The notes under the pieces were generated by a model that made no database searches, was not told the DNA's origin, and saw only the letters and a program-made list of their open reading frames with translations. The translations under genes were made by a program, and so were the position numbers. A stretch of 64,000 nucleotides of DNA from Klebsormidium nitens (Eukaryota > Plantae > Klebsormidiophyceae): the NCBI GenBank assembly GCA_000708835.1, contig DF237056.1:62001-126000 (forward strand), written 5' to 3'. Positions 1 to 14,171 of this stretch are shown here, piece by piece; position 1 is the first letter of the stretch; every line of letters begins with the position of its first letter.

Positions 1-287
1 CAAGAACGGCCCTTCTGGTGGCAGACTCCCCGGCAAATGGCATCGAAAACGACGACTGGTTATCGAAAGGAACACCCGTGAATGCAAGACGCTTACTTGA
101 ATGCTCATGGCGAGACGAGCAGAGGGACGTGGCGGCGGAAGAACAGAGGAGGCGGCTTTTCGCGATCTGGCCCGTGCCGGCCAAAGGTAGCTTCGAGAGT
201 CGGAGGTATCGTTTTGAACTCAGAATGCCGGTTTGCAGGAAGCTCAAGTCAAACAGAACTTCAGCCCGGGTAATGCATGCCTCTGCA

Positions 288-3200
288 GGCCGAACAAAAG
301 AAGTGGGCTGCGAAAGACGCGTCGCTGCGTGACGCGGCGCAGGGCATTGACAGCTTTGAGTCGAACCTGCGGCGCTTGGGCCTAGATGCGGACGCCGAAG
401 CCGATGCGGACCCGGTGATCCCCACTCAGGGGAGCAGCCCGCACGACACGATGCGCAAGATCCTGGGAAAGCTGCCGCCCACCGGGACCGTCGAGCAGGT
501 AAGGTTAAGATGCACTTTGGAGTTTGGCGCTTGGTTGATGATGTCTGCCGGTGGCGGAACAGTCACTGGATTTTCGGTCTATAGTAGATGCCGTAAACCG
601 GCAACCGGATTGAATCAGGTTCAGGGGGACAGAAGGGAGTTACAATACAGCCGCCCACTGGAACTGGCGAGCAGGTAGGCTTAGGATACAGAAACTGTCC
701 AATATCGCGCCGATGAATCAATCTCTGCAGCTCGCAAAGCTGTCTGCTTCTGGTCGATATATCGAAGGTTGTGTTTTGATGGAGAGTAAGGCAGATCAAT
801 CATAACATGAACCCGGGGGATGGGTGGGGTTAACTTGGGGGTAAGGTTGGGGCAGGTGCGGAGCGCTTGAAAGTTTGGGTTGAGACTTTTAGCTTGTCCT
901 TGCCCGAAATATCTTCCAAATATGCAGCTTTTCATTGGAAAATCAAAGTCCTCTTTATTTCTGACAATCGGACCAACGCGCATTTCGATCAGGCGGCCAG
1001 GTCCAACCGACATCGGTTGTGCCACTGCATTTTCCACGGAGCTTGTTTTCTGGATTCTACAGAAATCGCTGAGACAGGTTCGCAGTACATGATGTCCTGG
1101 CACGTGTCTCTAAGTTGCTCTTTCTTAGCTTCGTCGTCAAACTTTTAGCTTCGAGTCATGGAAAGTCGTTGTTGTCTACCCCGGCACTTTTCGAACGTTG
1201 CAATGTAAAAGCGAGATCGAGTACCGGAATAGCAGGCCTATAAGTTCAAGCCTTCACGAAAAAATAAAGGCGTTTTCGGACGGCTTCCCTTGTGAAAGCA
1301 TCGTTGTTTGTTTCCATCTTCCGTCGTCCTGGCGGGAAACGGATCTTCCGTTTCCCGCTTGGTGTGGACAATATAACGAGGCAACCGACAGAATGAAACC
1401 CCTGAGGCGAGTAAGTCAACCCCAACGTGCAGATGCTTAAATTGCAAAAGCAGATGACCTGATCTGAGGAACCTGTTTCATTTTTGCCTTTGCAGTCGGG
1501 CCGTGAGTATCTGGAACGGATCAAGAGGCGGAAAGCGGAAGAAACGCAGGCGAGGAAGGAGCGCGAGCGGAGACGACGCAAGGTCAGCCACAGGACCCAC
1601 ACATCAAATACGAAGCACGCAACGCGAAAATTTGATCAATTGATTATTGCTTTAAGCCCGCAAGGTATTGCCAGAAAGCAGTAGAGAAGTTCGAAGTCGA
1701 GCTGTCTTGAAAATGGACTGCCGTTGCGGATTGTGCCCTTGATGCCAAGTTGAATAGTTCGTCAACTTCTTTTTACGGAAGGATTGCTTTCATGCAGAAA
1801 TGGGATGCGCGAATCCTTGATTGAATCCTGAGGCCAACTTTGAGAGAATGTGCAAGGAGCCCATGTCAACTCCGTCTACAAGTACCTAGGATTTCAAGCC
1901 CTACCTAAGTTACTTACTTCTGAATAAAATGTTCCTCGTGTCGTTCTCCAGGTCGTGGTCGAGCAAGCGCTCGCGCTAGCCGCGGTCCAGGAGGCGCGGC
2001 AGGCCGAGGCGGCCGCGGGCGCCCTCGCGCGGGCGAGCCGCGCCGAGGAACGCATGCGCGCGCACCTAGAGGCGCTGCGAATGGGGAAACAAACAATTGT
2101 TGCGAATCGGGTACAAAGGGAGAAGGAATTGGCGGAAGAGCGGGAGAGGGAGTGGCAGGCCGCGCTGGAAAAGGACCGGCAACAAGGTCGGGAGAACAGG
2201 GTGAGGGACGGGCTGGATAGTTCTTTGTTATCTGCCGCTTCAACCAATTTGAATCATAGGGACTCCCGTTTCATATGATTCTGTTGAAGGAACCAGCATT
2301 GACGGAGGAGAAAGATCGCTTCTCAGCAGACGAAAACGCATCCTCGGATTTCATCTGAGGTGTTACCAGCGAGAAGGAAAAGGGGTTTAATCCGCCCTAG
2401 AAATGCAAAAGGATTGAGGGCGGCTTAGGTGCATCTAAATTAACTAGAGCTCTCTGTGAGCTACTTCACACTGGAGACTTCTATTCCTCAGGACGTAGCC
2501 AGAACTATGAACTGAGACAAGAACAACCGGAACAAGCGGTGCTCGCAGTCTATGTTGCTGTGAACGATACTGACTCTACGTGGCGTGCTCTGCAGGCGGC
2601 ATATGCCCAGCGCGCTGTGGAGGAAGCGAGGCGGCACGAGGAGGAGAAACGGAAGCGGAAAGAGGAAAAACGGCGGAAAGTAGAGGAGGCATGCCAAGAC
2701 ATCGTCAAACAGGTGCGCGACAGCTAAAAAAGAAACATTACACGTTAGATACCATAACTCTTAGGTAGTCCAACAAGTCCGCAATACCCAACCTAGAAGA
2801 CGGCGGGACGTCTCCAAATTTGAGGCCGCACCCGTTTCATGAGAACGCGCATCTAAAGCTGTTGTGTACAAATGCGTCTTTTATTGAGCGTTTTTTTTGT
2901 TATTTTTAGGGCTCAGATAGCGTGGTCTGGAGCTTGTAAGACCTTGACTTTGAATGCAACTTGTGGAAATCATCCGTGACGATTGCTACCCTGGTGGTTG
3001 ATACAAGTTCTGGCTTTTTAAACTTGCCAGATTGTCGGCCTGACCGAGATGACCATCGACTACCGCGAAGCCGCGGACACCAATGGGCTGCTGCCACGTG
3101 CCACGTGGCGCGAGTGGAAGGCCCTGTTCACATCGGGCGCGCAGCTTTACGTGCCCATTGAGAAGAGTGTAGACAACGAGAATGGGGAGAAAGCAGAGGA

Positions 3201-6200
3201 GGGCGACCCGCGAGACGAGGTACGCTGTCGTTTGGAGCAAGATGTTCGTTCCCCATTTTAGCTTTTCCTCCGTGCAATCCATTGGGAAACCCTCTGCCGT
3301 CATCCCTAAATCCTTTTACTTTGTTGAACCTCCCTATTTCAAACAATCAAGCCGCTAATCCGGTGATCTTTCAATGACAGCGTCAGCAAGAGAGTTTCAA
3401 TAAGCAATCTTTAAAGATTTCAAGCGACGGCGAGGACGGAGAAAAGGACAATCTAAACGCAGTGCGCACAGCTCATCAAGCGCTATAGGCCTCCTCAGTC
3501 CTTCTCTTATCAACAAAAGCTCTGTCGCCCGTACTAGAAGATCTTCGAACAGAGACTCCCGTGCCTATCGTTGACCTCCCTGAATCCGACTTCTCCACCC
3601 TGTAATCGCCGTTGCTTTTCGCCACAGGAATGTCTCAAGGACTACGTTGCGTCTCGAGGCGACTGGGCGTCGTCTTCGACCGCGGAAGACTGCGCGAACG
3701 CGCGCGCTGTCGACGAGGTTTGGCGCGGGGCTTTGGCGGCGGCCGCGGCCCCGCTGACTCCCGAAGCGGGACGAGTGAACGCCGCCCTCAAGCTGGCCGT
3801 GGTCGGAACGCCGTTTGCAGGTAGAATTCTTGCTGTTTGTATCCTACGTAACATGGAGAGCGAAACAATGATCTTGTGGCGGGAAAGTTGCTGGCTCTAC
3901 AAAGCATGCGAGTGTCGTACATTTTTCGATTTCTATTACCCTTGCATGTCTTCATCTTTTGGTTGTCCTTACATTGCCAGATTGGAAGTATCGTCAAGCA
4001 ATATCAACGATCGATTCTCGGTGTCCATTGGGTAAACTCATGGCGGGGAAGCCCAGCTATCCAATTCTTGGTGACGTCAGCGCTTGACAACCTGACGATG
4101 AGAATCATCTGAGGCATCCCATCTTCTTTGCAGGTAAAACGAGCGTGGCGCACGCTTTGGCGGCGCGCTACAACCTGGCTCTGCTAAACCCCGAGGATCT
4201 CGCCGCGAAGGCGGCCGCGGCTGCGGAACAGCACGATCAACAAGGTGCGAGTCGGCACAACGGGTTCTGGTGTGTCGAGGCACCGAAAAGATCCTTAAGT
4301 TTCCACTGGAATATCCCTCGGAATCTCAGGTTTTATTGACGTTCTCGTACATAGGGCTCTTCACCATGACTTAGAACACTTTCCTAAGAAGGAAAGTTGG
4401 CGCAGCGGCTGGATCCGGTGGGATCAGCGGTCTTCAAAGCTGATCTGAGAACATGGATCCAATATATCCTGGCTTTGGCTTCCCGCAGAAAGGCAGAATT
4501 CTCACGATTCCGCTTTTAAAACATATCTCTGAGATATCGCAGGAACCCCTCCCGACGGACCCACCGACCTTCCCGGCGACACCCCCACGCTCTCGCCCCC
4601 TTTACTGGTCGCCCTGGGCCGCGAAGTCCGTGCGGCGCTCGCCTCGACAGGCATCGTTCCAGATGACGTCATCCTGCGACTCATTGTCCACGCAATCGCA
4701 ACTCTCCCCAAACCTCAAACCCCTGCGAACCCCACTCCTCCACCGCGCGCGGACTCGAAAAAAGGCGCGAAAGGCGCGCGCGCAAAGGCGCCGTCCCCGG
4801 CCCCGTCAGCAGAGAGCGCCGATGCGGCCCTCCTGCCGCCCGACCTGCCACGTGGCTTCGTGATCGACGGGTATCCGCGCACGGAGGCAGAAGCGCGCGC
4901 GCTCGAGCGCGCACTGACGGGTTTGGATTTGGAGGCGGAGGAGAAGCAGAGGGCAGAAAGGCCGCGGCTCCTGCCGGAAGAAGCAGCGCCGGAAGAGGTA
5001 TGGTTTGAGTTTTCACCTTCATGGTTCTACAGAGTCCATCGTGCAATCATAGGTCTGAACAGCAAACAGAAGGAGGAAGCTGACATGACCCCCTTGTTCT
5101 GAGCTCGGTTGAAGATGTGCGGTGCAGGTTCTGGTGTCTCGTCGTGACCCACGAGCATGGTCTTGAAGCTGATTGCCTCTATAATAGAGTACAGCACAAG
5201 GTGGCAAAATTCAGAATCGTTTACATTCCCATCATTCCGGAGACGAAAACACACTCCAGAGCACGACTTTGGTGCTCTGAATTTTCCAGAGCACGATCTT
5301 CAGACCTAAACAAAGAACGTATCCACCTTTCCTGTTCTCCCCCGCAGCCACGTGTCCTGACGTCCGGCCTGGACAAGGTGTTTGTGTGCGCGCTCGCGGA
5401 CGACGCGGAGGCGCTCAAGCGCGCGCTGGGCAGGCGCGTGGACCCGACCACCGGGCAGATGTACCACCTCGAGTACTGCCCGCCCGCTGAAGAGGACAAG
5501 ATGTGAGCCCAGACTCCGAGTTGCATTGCTGTAGAGTCGTTTGATTGCTCTCCTCCTGTTTTTATTTTCCTTTTTTTTGCTCTTGTTCTATCCCCTTTCA
5601 ATCCTTTGAGACAACTTCGTAAAGGCTTTTCTGCAGGATCTCCGAAGACCACATAGCACGCCTCTGGATTAACACAAACACTGATCTTTTAGGGTGATCT
5701 ATGCAAGTCCGTATGGCAAGGGTGGGCGAGTTTTAGAGCTTCGTATGGGACATTTACAGTTGGGTTTCAACACGGATATAAGGGTTGCGATAGTCAGACC
5801 AGTCGTCTTCTCGTTCTCCTTGTGAAAAGAAGCTTTTGTTTGTGGGTTTTCAAGTCTGAGCGAACCGCCCGACTTTTGCAGCATCCACGGCCGTCTGGTC
5901 GACCCCTCCCCCGACCGCTCCGCCGGGGGCGCTTCCCTCCTCCAATCCTCAAGCGCCACGTGGCCTCTCCTCTCTGCTTGGCTCGCCCGTTTTGGCGCGA
6001 CTGCAACAGAGCTCAATCTGACGGAAGCGGTGACGTTAGCGGCTGCGACGGCGGTCGCGGCCGCAGAGACGGTTCTGAAGATCAAGGCGACGGCGAGAGC
6101 CGCGGAGGGGGCTGCGAAGGCGGCCGCGAAAGCCGCGGAACAAGGTACGGGGATGAAGATTTACAGGGACTTAGGACTTTCAGGCTTCTGAGCAGGAATT

Positions 6201-9200
6201 AGGAGGGCAACGAATTGGAGTCTGATTGAGTAAAGCTTCGTCAGAGACGCAAAGTAACTCCGTTCACAGCAATCTCAAGGTCGTGAAGTGCCAAAAAATT
6301 GCCAGGGTGGAGCTTCTGTGCCAGCTGCGCAGTGATGCAGAAACTAAAACCTTTCGGCTCCAAATTCCTCACGTGCTGCTTCCAACCCGCAAGTTTGGAG
6401 TGCGAGCATCAGCCATTCATATCTTTCGAGCTACCGGCTAATTGCCGAGATGGTCGAACATCCTTTAGCCAGCCCTCCACTAAACAAACCCTGCCAAACT
6501 GCCAACATTTGTCCGCTATTTCACTGACGAGTCCGATGTTTCCTTACGGGTCGCCCGAACTGCTATTCTTCATCTGCCCTCCAGTTGCCACGTGTACTGC
6601 TTCCGCCGAGGCTGCCTCCAAGGCGGCGGCCGAGGCCGCGGCCGCGCTGTATCGCGCCAAGCGCGCGCAGCAGGAGGCGTCGGCGGGTTTGCAGCCGAAA
6701 GAGACGCGGCTCGTGGTGGAGGCGGCCGCGGCGGACCTGCACGCGCTGCTCAAACAAGCCGCGCGCGCAAAGGAGGAGGCGGAGGCCGCGAAGCAGGTAT
6801 GGGGAGTCATTAACGGGGATGTTCGGAAGTTTTGAGTTGAAAAGACAGACGTTTTGCACGCTTACGTCGATGTTAGTCCTTCACATATTTTCTTCGCATC
6901 TCGTTCACAGGTTGCTTCTGACTGGGTACGACTTTGCTTTTTCCCGCAGTCTTGTGTAACTGCATTGACTAAAAATGCGCTTTACTTTTCCAGGCCGCCA
7001 TGGCAGCCGCGAAGTCCGCACTGGAAGCCGCGGACTCCGCCCAATGTTCCGCTGCGGACGTCGGAACGTCGACAACCGCGGCCGAGGACGCCGTGCGCGC
7101 GCAGCAAGACGCAGAAAGCGCGCGCGCAAAAGCGGAAGCGTCGCGAGAGAGGGCGGAGAAGGCGGCGGCGGACGCGGACAAGCTGTGGCGGAAAGCGGAA
7201 CGGACGGCGTCCGGCGAGACGGAACCAGCGGAAGAGGCCGGAGAGGAAGCTGAAAAAGTAAGAAACAGCGAAGAAGCTTTTCCATCCCGTGAATTCCATC
7301 TAACGAAGCAGTGGAAATTCAACAGGTGTATCGACTTGGAAAGGTCCCGAGGCTCAAAGGCAGACTCTTACGCTTGACGGTGCTGTTCAAACCTGGTTCT
7401 CCGGATACAATGGAAGGTATTCTCTGGATTTTAGACATGACTTACTGTTTCAGATGCATTGCGCCCAAATCAAAAGAAATAGTTTGTTCGAGGCAGAGAC
7501 GGCGTTTTGAGTTTCGCTGAGTCGCCCATTGCTCACCAGTTCGCCTTTCCTGCAGGCCCCTGTCTCCGCTGTGCCGCCCGCTCCGCCCGCGCCCGCTCCG
7601 CTCTCCGGCGAGGATTCCGTTTTCCTCCTGGACGCCTGGCGGAACCTGGAGTTGGAATACTGCGCGAGCGTGCGCGCGTCCCTGCGCAAGTGCCGGCAGG
7701 AGAGGGAAAAGGCCGTCGCTGACTGCCGCGCGGTCAAGACGGAGTTCCTGGACTTCCTCAACCGGCAGGACGGGAAGCAGCGGATCGTGGACGAGTTCCA
7801 GGTGAGACGGCACGGTAGCATGTTTTCATCAATTCCACCATCACAAACCACGACGCGCAAAAGACGTTTGATTCTCAACTTGCGCATCCATTTACTCGTG
7901 GAATATGACAAACTCAGCTTACATATAGCGAGTCATTCGCATGGGGCGGCGTAACAGAAATACAGCGTTACCTGCCCATCTGAGGCGTTCCAATTGTGAT
8001 TCCCCCACTTACTCAGAGCCGTGATAGCTAAACCGCTTTGTAACCCTCAAAGTTTTCAATGCTGGCAAATCTCAAATGCCTCAGTTACATGGAGCATATA
8101 AGTTTCAAAACTAGGCCCTGAATTTTGCCAAACACTGCAGTCTTGAGCCCTCAACCTCAAACCCCTTAAAGGTCCTAAACTCTCAATTCCTGACACGTCA
8201 AGCCCCGTATGTGCAGGAGGAGTTCAACGAGGTCGACTCGCGGCTGCGGCACAATGGCAGCATGAAAGAAGAGCTGGGCGAAAAGGTGCAGGAACTCCGC
8301 GACGCGCTCTGGCAGGAGTGCGACGCGCGCAAGGAAGAGTCCGCGCGCGAGAAGGCCGCGCGCGTCGCGGAGGGCCGCGTCGGCAGCCACGTGGCGGAGA
8401 TCGCGGGCGCGCACGCGGAGCTCGCGCAGAAGGAGGTGGGCATCTCGTTGCGTGTTGTCTTGTGCAAGCGCAGCAGATTTTCGACGCGTTTACCGCTGAC
8501 AGCAGATATCTTGCTTTTCTTTGCAACTTTTTCTATCGTAGCATATTTGAGAAACGCATACACGGATCATTTCCGCTCCTGGTCGAAAATGAAACATTTC
8601 CCATTGAAACCCGCTGACATCCTCGTCGAATTGCTCGGTTGCGTAAGGGTAATAGAAGCGCTGTTGCATGTAGAGTCAAACTCATAGTTATGTCAAATGT
8701 CGTCTCGACCAACCAAGCTACAACTATTAGTCGACTAGCAGACATTAGAAACCCTCTTCTCGAACCATGTTGTGCAGTTGTTGCGCCTGCTGTCTACCCT
8801 CGCTTTTCTCCAGACCTATCACGCGCGCCGCTTCGCGCTCCAAACCCCAAACCTCCTGCCCGAACTCTCCGCCCCAACCGACCCCCCACCTCTCCCCTCT
8901 GATCCTTCCTGGGTCGCGGCCGCGCCGCCAGCGCTCGCGAGCGTTGCGCGCCGCGCGCTCCGCGCTTTACATACGTCACGCACGGCCCTCAATGAAGTCA
9001 TCAGCCCCCCGGAAAAGAAAGAGTCGGCCGCGCCCGCGCGGCAGCAGAGCGACAAGAGCGCAAAGGGGGGGAAGCGCGTGTCGGAGGCCGGGAAGTCGAA
9101 GCCCGCCAAAAAGGGCGACAAAGCAGCGGCGAACGAGCCGAGTGAGTCGCCCGAATCGGCGCCCGAGGCGGCCGCGGACCCGGAGGTTTTGGCGCGAAAA

Positions 9201-12200
9201 GAGTGCGCGCGCGCGCTGCTCACGGCGTTAGAGGAGGAGGGAACTAGAGCGACGGAAAGGTTGCGTCAGCTGGCGGAAGCGGCGGCGACGGACATGGAGG
9301 CAGTCAAGGAGATGGAGGCGCGCGCGTTTGCGCGGCTGGAGGACTGGATCGCGGAGCGGTTCAAGGTGGGCCGGCTTGTTGACGTCATCTCTCAGAAGAC
9401 TTGAGGAAGCCGTCGGATTGTTGTCGCAATTCACGCTTTCAATCGAAGTTGAATAGAGATTAACCGGATGGAAGTTTGTGGAAGTTTGAGTGACGAGTGA
9501 GGTCAAAGGGCAAGTTTCGAAATTTGCTTGAGCGGTTCGGAAAGGAGCAACTGACAAGGCTTGGGAACTGGGGTCAAAACGGATGCTTAGGAATATATAG
9601 AGACCTTAAATCTACGGTCAGATTCGACAGCCTTGTCATGAGGACGAACCACGCGACTTCTCTCGCAACCCCGCCCGTCATTTTGATTACAAATCAAGGG
9701 GTCTCTGTCAAGCGATGCGAGCGCTTCTTCCTGAAGATGCGCTCATCTTCCGCGGTATTGCTTCGCAAAATAAGGTTCTAAATCCACACTGCCTCCGTCT
9801 TGGTAACATTATTTCAAAACCTTTCCTCACACGCGTATCCTGGTGGCCAACGTTGTTGCTTTCCTCGGAACTGCACGTGGCGGGTGCAGAATTGAAACTC
9901 TTGAGCTAAAGACAAGACACTAAATGCAAGTCGTGCAGTCCCCTTGTTTGAAGTAACCTCCCACGTAAAGCGTTCTGATCACTGCACGTGTCGCACGCTT
10001 GCAGGCGGAATGCGCAGCGGTGACGTCATTGGTGGACATGGCGACTGCTGCGGTGGACGAGGGCATCGCGCTGTGGTACAAGCTGATTGTGCAAGGGGAG
10101 CGCTTTCAGGTCGACGAGGCGCAGCTCATGATGGTGCGCGCGCGATCGAGTCTCGTTTCTATCCATTTTTCACCTTGTTCCTTGTTCCGTAGGCACATCC
10201 CGACGCTGAGTCTCAAAATCCAGCAGCGAACGTAGGTTCTCTCTTTTTCAGAAAACGGACACAAGAGACGATTGTAGATTGACTTAAGAACAAGATTTCA
10301 AAGCCGAACGGACACGTGGAAACAGGCGTCTCCATCGGTTACATCACTTCAATTGGTTGTTGGATGTACCCTGCAATCTCAACAGAACGAGGACCCTCCC
10401 AAACGCCCGTCACAAAGGAAGGGTTCCGCTGTTGACTTTCCGGACTCCGCTTTTTTCCGCTACAGGAGTGCCCGCCGCCGCCCCCTCACCCCGAGCCCTC
10501 CCCTCCCTCGGGCATTATGCCCGTCGACGCTCTGGACGGGCTCGCGGCCGCCTTCGCGGACTCCGCGCCTTCCGGCCGCGTTCCACTCGACTCCGCTGCG
10601 GAAACCGTTCCGCGCGTCGCGCGCGAGTGCTTAGAGGCGCGCTCCAACCCTGCGAACCAGCCCGTCACGCCGCGACTGCCGGGGGGGCAAAAGGCGGCGG
10701 CGCCGGCGGGAGAGAACATGTGGGCTGACGTATCGGAAGAAACTTTCCAGGTGTGTACAAGTTCCCACCGGCTGTCCTTCTCTGTTTCCAATTCTGTTAT
10801 CATGTCTTATTTGCCCAGCGTCGATCTTCTCAACTTTTGAATGAGGCGGCTGCTCACACGGGCGAAAGATCGTCGCTGATTTTGGGAGCGCGCATCGAAC
10901 ACGTGAGAATGTTTTCTGCCATCCGTTGCAATCACCTTCCGGTCGAAGTTCCGCCGCCATCTCTCCGGCTTCGCTTTCGATCTCTTTCTTGATGTTCCTT
11001 CTGAAAGGTTCTCATGTTCTTTTGTAATACTCGGTCAGGGTTGTAGACAGCAGTCCTGCGGAATTGCATCTGGTCTCATGCAAATGCAATCATGAAATTA
11101 GTATTACATCTGTTTTAGAAAGATGACTTGCCCTATAGGTATCATTGGATGCGAAAACCTTTCTAGCCTTTCCCACCACCAATAAGGGTGGTTGCTGTGC
11201 TTTGTAGGGGAGAATGTTGTTGTCCGGGCCGTACCTTCTTACTTTCTATCATCTTCGTCTCAACAGGCATGCTGCGGTTCCCTTTCGGCTGGCGGAACTG
11301 TCTCCTGGCGGCGCTTCCTGAGCGGGCTCATCGCTGAGAACAGCGCCGGCTCGGTCGCGGCCGGCACCCCCGAGGACGTCGCACGCGCGGGCGCCAGGCT
11401 CGAGGCTGCGGACAGCGATGCGGACGGGAAGCTGACGTACGAAGAGTGGATGGGGGCGCAACTCTGGTTCGAGAAAGGTAAGGGGCCTTAACGTCGTTGG
11501 AATATTAAGGAGAGACAAAGCGAATAATTTGTGAAAGGGAGGAGATTTGAAACCGACAAAACTTGGTGTAAGGAGCTAGGTCAGCTTGGGATGCTGCTAG
11601 TGCGAGCGAAGTGCATATCGAAGACGTCACGTGGAGCATACTTCTGCATGCCTCGTAACCTCTGCTGTATTAGGGGATAATGAAAACTTTCAGGGGTGTA
11701 AAACTCAACCAATCTGACACAAGCACTGACCAAGACGGTGCTCTAAACTCCCAAAACCTCGCCGCCCGCAGATGACCTCCCCGAGGGCTTCAAGCGCGGC
11801 GCCGCGCTCAAGGCCGTCCTCTTCCGCATGTGCGCTGACGTGGAGGAGTCCTTGGTGACGTGGCAGACTCTTCTCCAGTACCTCTGCGCCCGCCCGCAGT
11901 CCGCCACGTGGATGCTGGAGACGGCCGCGGCCGCGGTGGGCGCGCTGCCGCCGGACTACGCCGTTACTGCTGAGCACATCCATCAGGTAAGGAGAACCGG
12001 AACATACATCCGCAAAATGAAAGCCTATTTGAGACTGATAAGTCCTATCCTCTGTCCTTACATGACGTTCGCACTTTGAACATTGCGGCCGTTCAATCTG
12101 TTCTTATAGGCCGTTTGAAACTGGACCGCCATGAGAAAATATGTCATCGCCGTGAATCATTTCGGCAGCTGCTGGCAAAGGACACGCCCTCGAAGGCCCT

Positions 12201-12751
12201 CGAAGGAAGTAGCGAGCCCAGAACGTATAAGTTTCTGGTTGCAACACAATTAAGAGATGCACCTTCTTTAAGCTTTGTTCACCCGGCTGACGAACGCCAA
12301 TTCTCCCGTTTGATGGAAGAAGTCTTTTCTTTTGCAGCTTCTCTCCTGGGACGGCCCCCCGGCGACAGCGGCACTCAGCGTCGCCGCCCTCACCGCTCTT
12401 GTCCAGACACACTCGGGGGGCATTTCTGCCGGCGACACCAGCCCCCCCAGGATCCCTGTTTCCGAGATCGGCACAAACCCCGCCTTCGAAGCGGTCCACG
12501 CAGCGCTCCAGCAGCTTTACACGTGGACCCCCTGCGGACCAATCGTGGTCGAGAACAGGGCGCGCGACCTCGAGCTTGCGAAGGCGGCCAGAGAGGCGCG
12601 CGCGTCGGGCGGGTTCAGCGAGGGCTTGGGGGCGCCGAAGAAGGGCGCGGCCGCGGCTGCGCAGAAGGGAAAAGGGCAGCCGGCGAAAGGGCCGTTGCCC
12701 ACACCCGCTAAAGCGGCGGCGGCGGCAAAAGCCGCGCCCAAAAAGAAGTAA
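288..12751 (+). CDS. SPEF2: SPEF2/CPC1 flagellar central-pair protein, about 20 exons, 5' end lies upstream of the window
   Basis: GC-rich GT-AG exons give IDSFESNLRRLG (from 288), ARKERERRRRK (about 1497-1581), an adenylate-kinase-like P-loop VVGTPFA|GKT (3820/4135), IDGYPRT (about 4863), the lid-like GRRVDPTTGQMYHLEYCPP (about 5430-5485) and an EF-hand DSDADGKLTYEE (about 11410-11445). Stop TAA at 12749-12751. This order matches recalled SPEF2/CPC1 architecture. Confidence 0.85.
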
Positions 12752-14171
12752 AGGAGGGGACGGGGGCTCAGGCGACTCGGTTGTTATTTCGACGGGCCTT
12801 CAGATCCAGCTGCTTTCTTGAAGGTCAATTAAAGGACAACGGCAATTACCAGCTTGGACTTATTCCAAACCGTGTTTTACTACGCATTGATACGGCGTTG
12901 GTAAGCTGACTAAAAGTTATGTATCTGGCCCCGGTTTAAAGTACCGCGTTTTGCCAAAAAAGAGGTAATGGAAGACGCAGGGACGCAGGCGCCCTTTTTG
13001 AGCGTACGTTCAGGGATTGTCGAAAGAACGCCGGCAACTATCGATTCTAATTGAGCTTGGACCTATAATTTGAAGCTAGCGGGTTCTGCTACACAATGCG
13101 GCGTTGCCAACAACTACAAGTCATAACTGGTTTTGGCCCGGGTGTTAAGACCGCACGTTTCGATCAAGCAAGCTAAGCGTCATGGGTCGACGAGCTCATG
13201 TTGAGAAAGAGAAGCTGCGCTAGTGGCCATCATGCAGTCACTACAGATTCCTACATGTATTCGTTAGCAGGACGTGCCGCTCACAAAGTCTACCACATGC
13301 TGGCCGGCAAACCGCTTTGAAGCTTCAAGTTGTTATCTGCTCAGTGACTTGATTTGATGTCCAGGCCCGTTACGGTCATGTATACGAGTCACGTTGGTAC
13401 TGCCACGTACCTTCAACGCGCGTACTAGCTTTCCGTAATCTAACGAGCTTTCAAGAGCTAGCTCACGGCCGCGCATGATCATTGGCGTACAGATGCGGTG
13501 TTTGGCTTACTGGGTTGTGACAATGGATGGCCGCTGGCCGCAGATCATATACGAGAACCGCAAGTTTAAAGAGGCCCATTCTGGTTGTATTGGATTCCAT
13601 TCCTTCTTATTCAGGAAGCGCTGCAACTCCAAGTAAATCGCGACGAGAAGGTCCTTTCCGATATAATGCCGCAGTAATCGTGCCGTAGTAATCAGCGATG
13701 TTTTTCGAGCGGAGGTTTTCTCGTCTCTATGATCCTGTTTAAGCGAGTTCATTTGAATCTGCAAAGCTTACCCTGATTCGAAAGACGTCTTATGACCCCT
13801 CTAAAATGGCTGGTCCATGCAGATTTGGCAAGGATGTAAGAGTGTTGAAGTTTCAATGTGATGGGGGATCTTTGCCCGTCTCTTCTCAGCTTTTAGCTAC
13901 CGTCGAAATTCTATGGAAACTTACGCTAGGCGGCCGTGCGTCCGGAATGTAAGTGAAAGATCGCTGTAGTTCTTTTCCCATGCAAAACTTTGATGGCATC
14001 GCTAAGGTCCATCGAGGACAAGGTTCATTGAACCCACAACCTACTTATCTACTTCTTGAGATCCCAAGTGGATGATTGGGTGCCGAAAATATTCAGGGTG
14101 GTATATTGTTTACCGGGCATGTCAAAGACTGCATTCTGCGCAAGTTTTGCGTGGTCAGCTTTCATGGTGAT

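Noticed and set aside
13507-13764. 85-aa minus-strand ORF with a CAG acceptor and GTAAG donor at its borders
   Set aside because: Mixed codon usage unlike the GC3-rich real exons, no partner exons and no recognisable motif; a competing donor lies 13 nt upstream of the acceptor.
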